From Rhizaria sp. SCN 62-66 (lineage: Eukaryota): a DNA stretch of 53,586 bases. The stretch's first letter is position 1. Each line of letters starts with the position of its first letter. Positions 1-9,449 of this stretch are shown piece by piece. The translations under genes were made by a program, and so were the position numbers. Location of the stretch: the NCBI GenBank assembly GCA_001724265.1, contig MEDY01000304.1:1-53586 (forward strand). Reading direction: 5' to 3'. The notes beneath the pieces are model-generated. The model saw only the letters and a program-made list of their open reading frames with translations, had not been told where the DNA came from and searched no databases.

Positions 1-942
1 GCCCTCGGCCGCGGTGCCCGCGTCGGCGCGGGCCTCGTCGGCGGCCGTGACGGCCTCGCGCGCGCGCGCCTCGGCGGCCGCGAGACGCACCTGCAGCTGC
101 GCGGCCTGCTCTCGCGCGGCCTCGGCCTCCGCGGCGGCCGCGCTGGCCGCGCCCGTCGCGGCGGCGGCGGCGGCGACGCCCTGCTCGCCGCGGCGGCGCT
201 CCTCGCCCGCAGCCGCGGCCAGCGAGCGCAGCTGTTCTTCGCGCAGCGCCAGCGTGGCCTCCAGCGCCTCCGCGCGGGCGCGGACCTCGGCAGCGTCGCT
301 CGCGGCGGCGGCGGCCGTTGCCGCGGCGGCCGTCGCAGTCTGCAGCTCCGCTCTGAGCTCGGCGGCGAGCCGGTCCTTAGCGTCGAAGGCGGCGCGGTCC
401 TCGCGCGCGTCGGCGGCTGCGGCGGCGCGTAGCGCGGTCAGCTCGGCCTCAGCGGCGGCGGCCGCGGCGGCAGCGGCATCACGCTCGCGCTGCAGTACGG
501 CGGCGCGCGCCTGCGCGTCGGCCAGCTCGGCCTCGACCGCCGCGGCCGCACTCTGCGCCGCGGCGCGCACGGTGGCCTCGTGATTGGCCAGCTGCTGCTG
601 CAGCGCCAGCTCGCGGCGGCGCGACTCCTCCTCGGCCGCGCGCGCCTGCAGCGCCTCGCCGCGCGCGGCCGCAAGCGCCTGGCGCACCGCAGCCTCTGAG
701 GCCCGCAGCGCGGCGAGCTGCTGCGCGGCGGCGGCGGCGGCGGCGTCGCGCTGCGCCAGGCCCGCGCGCGCCGAGGCGAGGTCTGCGTCGGCCTCGGATG
801 CGGCGCGCTTAGTGGCCTTGAGCGAATCAAGCGCGGAGGTAAGCGAGGACTCGAGCAGCGCGGCGCGGTCAGTCACCAGCTTGAGCTTGGTGGTCTTGAC
901 GGCTAGCTCGTTCTCCAGCTCCTGCATGCGGCGCTCGGACAT
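1..942 (-). CDS. Ala/Glu/Arg-rich coiled-coil protein, 5' part only (runs off the left edge)
   Basis: Not in the ORF track. From gccATG at 942 the frame reads MSERRMQELENELAVKTTKLKLVTDRAALLESSL..., stays open to position 1, and has heptad-like composition. Confidence 0.75.
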   Translation of the reverse strand, partial: MSERRMQELENELAVKTTKLKLVTDRAALLESSLTSALDSLKATKRAASEADADLASARAGLAQRDAAAAAAAQQLAALRASEAAVRQALAAARGEALQARAAEEESRRRELALQQQLANHEATVRAAAQSAAAAVEAELADAQARAAVLQRERDAAAAAAAAAEAELTALRAAAAADAREDRAAFDAKDRLAAELRAELQTATAAAATAAAAASDAAEVRARAEALEATLALREEQLRSLAAAAGEERRRGEQGVAAAAAATGAASAAAAEAEAAREQAAQLQVRLAAAEARAREAVTAADEARADAGTAAEG

Positions 943-1523
943 GGCGGGGCTGTGTTGGCAGCTGTGCCGGCAGCTGTGTGGTGTGTGTGTGGGGCTTTGT
1001 TGGTTAGTGCCCAGGCTGTCAGGCTAGAGGTATGCGTTGTGTCGTGTCGGATTAGTTGGGTGGAAGGGAGCTGAGCTCTGTGACACATAAAGAAGAAAGG
1101 AAGGAGCGCAAGAGAGGGATGGGTTTGGGGCCGGGACAATGGAGACAATATAGAGATGATTTTGAGCCTAGTGGCACTATGATTAAAATTTAATAAAGAA
1201 ACGTGATTATACAACTTTATGAACTGTGGTATAGTGACGAGGGCGGTGAGATGATGGAGAAATCGTCAGAAAAAGATACCCCAATTTCAAATTCGGCTAC
1301 GATGGTGTCCGTTGACAGGCGGTTCGCAAAAATTCGGAGACGACTGGTGACCCAAAAAGCGAAACGACATGTTCTGTCCTGACACATATGATCCGTTGCC
1401 TGTAATATAAACCTGAAGACTATTATATTGACAAGTATTAACTAACCCTACAAATCTGCATCTTGTTTCCAGTTCTGCAACAGTCTCTCAGGCCACTTTC
1501 CCACTCGTATTCTCATCACTCGC

Positions 1524-4500
1524 ATGGACACGGAGGAGGATATCGAGATCGAGGGCGACATTGTCGCGCCGCTGATGCCTGCGCGCCGCGCGGCCCCTGT
1601 TACGATGCGCATGGATGATCTGCTTGGCGACTTCCCGTTGCCGTCCGCGCCCTTGGGCCCGCCGTCGCCGCCGTCCTCGTCCCTGCAGCAGTCAAGACTG
1701 CCAGTGCGCTCGCTACCCCCGCGCCCCCCCGTTTCGTCATCGTCCTCCTTCTATTTTCCTTCATCGGCTGTTGCGGCCATCCCCGCGCCACGCTCGCCAC
1801 CCAGTGCGTTTACCACGCTGCCCCGCGGTCCCGTCAGCGCCGCCTCTGGTGACAACGACGCCGTCGAAATCGAAGTCGACTCCGCTCGTAACCACAACAG
1901 TGGCCATGGCAATCTTCTCAGCAACCCCTTCGGCTCCAGCAGCAGCGCCAACGGGCTCCCGACGCGCTCGCTAGCCGGCGCCGCTGCCCCCGCGGTGGCC
2001 GTGCTTGCACCCTCGCAGCCGCTGCAGCCGCCGCCGCCGCCGCAGTCCGCCGGCGCCTCGTCACTGCTGAGTAACGCTTTCATGTCGTCGTCAGCTCCGG
2101 CCCCCGCGTCGGCCGCGGCCGCGTTTATGGCGCCAGCGCCCTCCTCCAGCGCCGCCTTTCTAGCTCCCGGCCCCGCGTTGGCCCCCGCGCGCCGCCTGCT
2201 GCCCCCCTCAACGGTCGGCGCAAGCTCTAGCGCCAGCTCGAGCACCAATACCAACACGGCACACGCACCGAACACTGGCAGCGCTGCGTTTGGCGCCCCT
2301 GCTGCGTCCAGCACGGCCGCGCCCTCTGCTGTGAACGCCGCCGCTCTGGCCATGGTCGCGGACGGCGACTCGGACTCGTCCTACGACCTCAGCTTTGCCG
2401 ACGATGATCACAACCAAGACGGCAACAACAAGCCCGCGAACAGCACGAGCGCCAACGCGTTCGGCAGCATGGCCGGGGCGACGGAGGGCGTGCCCGGCGC
2501 CCCCGAGCAGCCGCACCGGCCGCTGCCGCACACGCCGCCGCACAGAGCGCTCCCGCATACACCGCCTCATAGAGCGCTGCCGCATACGCCGCCACACAGA
2601 GCGCTGCCACACACGCCGCCGCACGCCACGCCGCTGCCCGCGCTGCCCGCTACCGACGCCGCCGCACCCGGCCCCGGCTACAACGCACACGCAGGCTCTG
2701 CAAGCTCCAGCTCTAGCGCGAGCGCGACGTACGGCCCAGGCTCGGGCTTCGGTCCGCAGTCGGCCTCGGCCTCGGTGACGGCGCTGGCGTCCGCAGGCGC
2801 GGAGACCACGGCGGCGGACAAGTCGCTCGCGCCGTCGGGCGGCTCGGCGGCCAGCGCCGCGGGCGGCTTGCCAGGCTACGCGCACGCGCGATCGCTCGAC
2901 AGGCCCTCGTCCTCGGACTGGAACAACGGCAACAACAACATGCTCCACAGCGGCGGTAGCAACTACAACAGCAACAACGACTTCAACTCGCAGTTCAACT
3001 CATACAGCAGCAGGCCCGCGCTTGCGCCGACGCCCGCGACGCTTGTTGCGCCTGCGCCCGCTGCTGCTGCGCCTGCTGCTGCTGCGCCTGCGCCCGCGCT
3101 CATGGACCGGCCCATCGCCGCGTCCCTCTCTGCCGAGCCCTCATTCGCGACGCCCTCGCTCGGCGTCACGCCCTCTCTCGGCGTAACTCCCTCTCTGGGC
3201 GTTACGCCGTCGCTCGCCGCGGCCCCGTCGCTCGCCGCGGCTCCGCTGCTCTCGGCCGCGCCCTCACTCTCGGTCGCGGGCTCGCTCTCGATCGAGCCCG
3301 TGCTCACCGCTGCACCCTCGGCCGCGGTCTCAGCCGCGCCCTCAGTCACGACAGGGCCCGTGGCCACTGCGGGGCACTCGGCCGCTGCAGTCGCCGGGGC
3401 GCCGTTTGCGGCCGCGGACCGCTCTGTGGCTCTGGCGCCAGCGGTTGCGGCCCCGCCGACGCTGTCTGCCACGCCCTCGCAGCACCAGCCGCCGAGCGGA
3501 CCGCTGCCCTCGGTGCCGCCCTCTGCCGCTGCGTCTTTCTCATTCGCGCAACCGCAGCATCAACAGCAGCCGCTGGGACAGTTTGGACAGTTCGGCTCGC
3601 CGACGCGTCGTGCGTCGATCGACGCGCCGCTGCCAGCGCTGCCGCCGCAAACGCAGGCGGAGTTGCACTCGCTCTCGCACGCACAGCTGCAGCCGCAGAG
3701 CCATGGGCTGCTGCCGAAGCCGCATGTTCTCACGGTCACCGCTAGCGCTGCAAAAGACGCCGCTACTGCGGCTGCCGCCGACGAGTCGATCGTTGTCTCA
3801 GTGGCCAACACGCCGAGGGACAGCGTCCGCAAGTCCGAGCCTCAGCCCGCCGCAGCAGCAGCCCCCGCTGCCGCCCCGGTCGCGGCTGCTAATCCAGCTG
3901 CAGCAGCACCGTCAACAAGTACCGACAAAACGGGTGCGCGTCAGAACAGCGCCCGCAGCCAGAGTCAAGGCAAGCAGTCGCAGGGCCAAAGCCCGCGGCG
4001 GCCCAGCCCCAGCCCGCGCCGCCCGCCCTCCGCACACTCGCATTCGCAGCAGGCGCACTCCCCGGTCAAGCCCGGCGTGGGCTTCGGCTCCGGCGCGAGC
4101 TCCGGCCGCGGCGCGCTCAGCGCGCGCGACCGCGAAGCCGCGGAAGCTAAGCCGCCCCAGCCCAAGCCGGGCGTGTACCACCAGCCGCGGCCAGCGCCCA
4201 AGCCCGCCGAGGCGCCCGACAGCGCGAAGCGGGACGACCACGCGCGCGACAGTGAAGACGACCAAGACAAGAAGCACCTGCAGGAGCAGAGCGGCTTGGC
4301 CGAGCCCACCTCCGCGCCACCCGTGCTGCCGCCGTGCCCGTTTGCCGCCCCCGCCGACGCTGACGCCGACGGCAGCGACGGCGGCCACTGCCCGCTGTGT
4401 CTAGCGTGCACGTGCTCGCCCCCTGAGCTTTCCGCCGCGGCGGCGATCGCCCCGCCCTCGGCCGCCGCGGCGGCTGCGGCGGCTGCGGCGGCTGCGGGGT

Positions 4501-5350
4501 CACCTGGCGGCCGCCGCCACGGCTCCGGCTACGCGCTGCTCGCCAGCCCCCCGAAGCGCGGCGGCGGCGCCAAGAGCGCCTCTGGCTCCCGCGCGGGCCC
4601 CAGCCCCGGCGGCGTGAGCGAGAGTGAGGTGGTGGTGGTGCCGCCCCACCCGCGCGGCTTCGGCTCCAGCCACGGCCGCTGGCACGTAGCCGGGCTGCCC
4701 GTGGCGGCCGCGGACGACAAATGGAGCGCGGCCTGGCGCGAGCGCGAGGCGCTGCGGCTGCGCAGGGAGGCCACGCGCGCGCTCAAGGAGGAGCAGAAGC
4801 AGGCGCACGCGCGCAACGCGGCCGAGACCGAGGCGCTGGGTCGCAGCATCAGGGAGATGGGCGACCGCGCGCGCAGAGAGAACGGCGGCGGGCAGCGGCC
4901 GCAGCCCCAGTCGCAGGGGCAGGCGCGATGCCCGGTGCACGCCGCCGCGCTGCGCGGCTGCCAGACGCGCGCCGCGCTCGCCGCGCACTACGGCGGCAGG
5001 CACGCCCACGGCGCCAGCGGCGCCAGCGGCACCGGTGACAACGGCAAGCGCGGGAGCGCGTCCGATTGCGCCACTGCGGCGTCGCTGCGCCCGCAGACGG
5101 CGCCCGCGCAGTCGCCGCTGCAGCGCGAGCGCGACCGCCGGCGCGAGATCCTGCGCGAGTCCGCGCTGCGGCTCGCAGCCGCGGTTGCGGCCGGCGCGGC
5201 GCCGCACGTGCGGGCCGCGGCGGCCGCGGCGGAGGCCGACGCCGCGGTGGGGCGCGCCGCCGCGGAGGCTGAGGCCGCGGGCGCTGCCGCGCTGTCCGCG
5301 GCTGAGCGCGCGACCGCTGCTGCATACGCCTACAACAGCAACAACAACAA

Positions 5351-5394
<44 letters not shown>

Positions 5395-6007
5395 AGGACC
5401 CGCTGCGGCTGCCGACGACGCTGCCCCCCGAGGCCGCTGACCTGATGACGTGGCTGCGCGCGCACGCGCACGCCTACGCAGCGCCGGGGGCAGCGCCCGG
5501 CGCGCCGGCGACCGCGGCCGCGGCGGCTGCGGAGCGCGTGTCGGCCAACTCGGAGCCCTACTGGCCCTTCGACGCGACGCCGCGCCTCGCCGTCCCGCCG
5601 CCGCCGCCACCGCTGACCGCAGGCACCAGGGCGGATGCGGCGGGCGCGGGGCTCTTTTGCGCGCCGCCGCCCCCCGCCGCGGGCACCGCGGGCGCGTGGT
5701 CGGGGCTGCGTGGGGCCGCCGAGGCCGAGGCCGCCGAGGCCGCGCTGCGGGCGCTGCTCGGACTCAACCTGGGGCAGCAGCAGCAGGGACAGTATGGCCA
5801 GCCGCCGGCGGAGTTGAGACACAAGCAGCTGCGGGAAGTGGCCGATGCGGGCGCTGCTGCCGCTGCGTACAAACAGCAGCAGCAGCAGCAGCAGCAGCCG
5901 TATGAGCAAGAGCCGCCGCTGTCGCAGAGGCTGCAAAACCAGTTCGACTACGAGTATGAGCAGGAACAGCTCAACCAGTCGCATCAGTACCAGCAGCCCC
6001 CATACCC

Positions 6008-6045
<38 letters not shown>

Positions 6046-6230
6046 TCCAGCAGCCCGCGCTGGCGTCGGCGCCCGCGCAGTACGAGCTGCCGCCGGCGCT
6101 GGCGCAGCTGGTGCGCATGCCTGCGCCCTACGGCTCCAGCAACAACGGCGACGACGACAACCCGTACGACGGCTACGGCGGGTTCCGGAGCAGCGGCCCA
6201 TCTGGGGCACCGCAGGTTCCGCGCTTCTAA
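1524..6230 (+). CDS. Hypothetical low-complexity protein (1568 aa; Pro/Ala/Ser/Gln-rich, short Cys cluster, coiled coil)
   Basis: Long ORF from ATG to TAA, bounded by AT-richer spacers. No recognisable globular domain. Confidence 0.75.
2514..2624 (+). repeat. Coding tandem repeat, 27-nt unit x4 (HR[AP]LPHTPP)
   Basis: Translation HRPLPHTPP HRALPHTPP HRALPHTPP HRALPHTPP H, with synonymous differences between units. Confidence 0.9.
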
Positions 6231-6620
6231 CGGCGAGATTGCGACGAATGCGTCGTAATGATTATGACACTGATTTAATGAATTAAATTTGCTTTATGCG
6301 CACTGATAATTAGTGACCCTGTAACAGTCGTACGCAAGCCGCAATCGTATGACTGCGATTTGCATATTTTTATTTTGGGGCTGTCACTCATGCGTTGTCT
6401 TCAGTGCTTCAATGAAATTCCAAAAGCGCTCAATGATTACGATGAGAATTCTGAAGAACAATACATAGACATTTTTTTCACCTGCTTTAACAAACAAGGA
6501 TTTGTATTTAACAATTGACACTAGTATAAACGAAAAACATGGCCACAGATAGGCTCAATCGCACTAACAATCGACTCAAGGAAACTAATGCGCTCGCAGT
6601 CGCTCATGATGCTCAAGGGC

Positions 6621-8966
6621 TCAAGGGCGCCACATGTCGTGGTGCGGCAGCGGGGCCGCGTAGAGCTGCTGCTCCTGCTGCTGCAGCGCTGCCGCGACGG
6701 CCGCCTTGTCCGCCTCGGGGCTCCACCCCTGCCAGCCCTCGTTGTAGCCGTTGCTGTTGCTGTCGCCGATCGCGTTGCCGTGGCCGTTGCCGCTGCCGAG
6801 GCCGACGGGGCCAGTGAGCGCGGGCGCGCCCGAGAGATGCCTGGGCGGCAGGTGCGCCAGCAGCAGCGCCTGCGAGGCCACGACCTCGTCTCCGCGCACG
6901 CCCTCGCCCAGCACCGCGCCGCCGCTCACTGAGTCGCCGCCGGAGACGGCCTCACCGCCCGCCATCGCGCGCCCGCGCACGGCGCCCTCGGCCGCAGGCT
7001 CGTCGCCCGCCGCGGCCTCGGCCGGCAGCGCGGGCAGCGCCGCGGGCTCGGGGCCCTCGCCGGGCCGCAGCGTCTGCCGCTCCAGCTCGAAGCCGTACGC
7101 GCCGCCGGAAAAGCGCTGCACGAAGACGGCGTTGGCGTCGCCCGCCGCCGCCGCGCGCCGCCGCCGCGCCGCCGCCGTCGCCAACGCGTCCGCCGCAGCC
7201 TCCGCGCCAGTCTTGGCCCTGCCCTTGCCCCGAGCGCTGCCGCTGCCGTTGCCGCCGTTTTCGTCGTCGCTGCCGTCGCCGCGCTCGCGGATGCCGGCGC
7301 TGGCGCGCGCAAGCCGCTGCGTCGTCACCGCGTGGCTCGCCGCGACGGCGTACTTGCTCTCCACCCCGCTGCCCCCGCCCATCGCGAGGCCCATGGCGAG
7401 CACAGCGGCGGTGTCGGCCTCGGCGCCCGCGCCCGCGGCGGCGACGCCGTCTAGCAGCAGCGCGGCGGGCACCAGCTCCCCGCGCGCGCCGCGGGCAAAG
7501 CGCCCGTCGGGCTCGAGGCGCCAAACGTGGCCCGCGGCGTCGACGACGGTGCCTTTGTCGTCGACCACGCGCGCGCCCGTGGCCGTGACGGCGCCGCGCC
7601 GCAGCGCGCCCCCGCTACCCGTGCTGGCGCCCGTGGCGGAGAAGACGGCCGTCAGTCCGCGGCCCGCGCCCGCCGCCGCCTCGGCCGCGGCCAGCACGCC
7701 CGCGTCGGCGGGGCCCGGCGCGGGGTCACGCAGCGGCGCCGCCAGCGCGGCCGTCGCGGCGGGCAGCAAAGGGTGCGGCGCCCGCAGCGCGGCCGCGTCC
7801 ACCGGGTACGTCTGCCCGTTGAGTACGAAGAACTGCAGCCCCAGCGCGCGCGCGGATGCCAGCGCGGCGGCGCCCGCCTGCGTGGCCGCGGCGGGCGTCG
7901 CGGCGGCCGCGGCGGCGCGGCGGCGCTCCTCGGCGCCCAGCTGCGCGCGCAGACGTTGTGCGAAGGCCGCCGTCTCCTCCCGTGTGAAGTCCGCAGGGCT
8001 GACCGGGGAGGCCGCGCTCGCGTTCGCGCCAGCACTGCTGCTGTTAGCGCTGCTGGTGACGTTGTTGTAGCTAGGAGCAGTGGCCGAAGCGAAGGGATTC
8101 TGGCGGGCAGTCGTCGCCTGACCATGACTGTGACTTTGAGACTGCGGCTGAGGCTGAGGCTGAGTCTGCATCTGAATGGGAGCATATTCAGTCGCACTAG
8201 CGCTTGTGGCCGCGAAGTTGCGATCAGCGCGGGCAGCACTGTAGTTCTCGGCGCCAGAGACAGGACTCTGAGCGCCATTTGCGGCAGCGTGCTTTTGAGC
8301 AGCCACAGCAGCTTCAGTCGTGCGAGTGACAGTCACGCTGCTGGCATTACTATTGTAGTTCTGCGAGACTTGCAGCGGCTGCACCTGCCTTGCGCGCCTC
8401 GCGATGCGCGCGTCCGCGCCCGCGGCGAGGTTGTGGTACGCGTTCTGCGCATGCAGCGCCAATCGCAAAACCTCGGCCTCGAGCGCGCCCAGTCCGGCCT
8501 GCGCGACGGCCACGCGCGAGGCCGCCTGTAGCCCCGCGGCGAGCGTCTGCGCGCCCTCAGCGGCGCGCTGCTCGTCCAGCGCGCGCTGCGTCGCCGCGGC
8601 CACCTGCTGCGCGCGCGCGCTCGCTGCCTGGCGGTCCCCCGCGACGCGCGCGCGCACACGGGCGCGCACGCGTTGAGAAAAGGCCGCCACGCGCGCCTCC
8701 TCGGCGGCGCGCAGAGCCTGGTAGTTGTGCTCAACCACGGGCGCGTGCGCGTGGATTGCCGCGCCGCTCGTCACGGCCACTGCGCTCACTGTGGGAACTG
8801 CAGGCGCAGGGATGGGTGCAGCGCTGACGTTGTTCTGGTGATAGGCAGATGACGACAAAGGGGGCGCTGCGGCGGAGCTGTTGTATAAAGCTGGCGCAGC
8901 CGTGCGAACAACCTCGTACGCAGCGGGAGGCTGCGCGATGGGCAGTCGGTGCATCGACGTGCTCAT
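6621..8966 (-). CDS. Hypothetical Ala-rich protein with N-terminal coiled coil (~780 aa)
   Basis: Long ORF ending in TGA. The ATG at 8966 directly follows an acceptor-like ccccag, so an upstream exon is possible. Confidence 0.7.
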   Translation of the reverse strand: MSTSMHRLPIAQPPAAYEVVRTAAPALYNSSAAAPPLSSSAYHQNNVSAAPIPAPAVPTVSAVAVTSGAAIHAHAPVVEHNYQALRAAEEARVAAFSQRVRARVRARVAGDRQAASARAQQVAAATQRALDEQRAAEGAQTLAAGLQAASRVAVAQAGLGALEAEVLRLALHAQNAYHNLAAGADARIARRARQVQPLQVSQNYNSNASSVTVTRTTEAAVAAQKHAAANGAQSPVSGAENYSAARADRNFAATSASATEYAPIQMQTQPQPQPQSQSHSHGQATTARQNPFASATAPSYNNVTSSANSSSAGANASAASPVSPADFTREETAAFAQRLRAQLGAEERRRAAAAAATPAAATQAGAAALASARALGLQFFVLNGQTYPVDAAALRAPHPLLPAATAALAAPLRDPAPGPADAGVLAAAEAAAGAGRGLTAVFSATGASTGSGGALRRGAVTATGARVVDDKGTVVDAAGHVWRLEPDGRFARGARGELVPAALLLDGVAAAGAGAEADTAAVLAMGLAMGGGSGVESKYAVAASHAVTTQRLARASAGIRERGDGSDDENGGNGSGSARGKGRAKTGAEAAADALATAAARRRRAAAAGDANAVFVQRFSGGAYGFELERQTLRPGEGPEPAALPALPAEAAAGDEPAAEGAVRGRAMAGGEAVSGGDSVSGGAVLGEGVRGDEVVASQALLLAHLPPRHLSGAPALTGPVGLGSGNGHGNAIGDSNSNGYNEGWQGWSPEADKAAVAAALQQQEQQLYAAPLPHHDMWRP

Positions 8967-9449
8967 CTGGGGCACAGTGAGTTGACAAAGCACGATTTAC
9001 AGAGGTGTTAGTAGCGTGGTAATAAGTTTTCAGAGAAATAATACAGCAATTATAAATAGAACTATATGCTTTAAGTGCGATTCTTTTGCCGCATTTAAAA
9101 TCAACGAGTAATCTCGATGGAAATTGTTCTTCAAAGATAAGTTGCCGAACTAGCCGTTGAAAGAAAGTGTCCCGCCGTCTTGTCCTTGGTCAGTCAGCCA
9201 GAAAAAGCGTTTGTGGTGGAGGTTAAACCGAACTTTACGACGCAGATACTGCTATGACTACATCGGTACGTGGAATATCACCTCCATTATTCATTGTGAC
9301 TCAACAATTTAAATGTATTATACTTCACATACATTCTTAGAAATCGAATTACCATCCCTGTTGGCACGAAACTTAAGGACCCCGCTTGACCCCAAATCAC
9401 CTACTTTTCATTTCTCACTTGTACGCACAGTGGTAGACCGTGTTCCGTC

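Noticed and set aside
14-1027. Plus-strand ORFs 14-583 and 584-1027
   Set aside because: Antisense shadows of the minus-strand coiled-coil gene that starts at 942.
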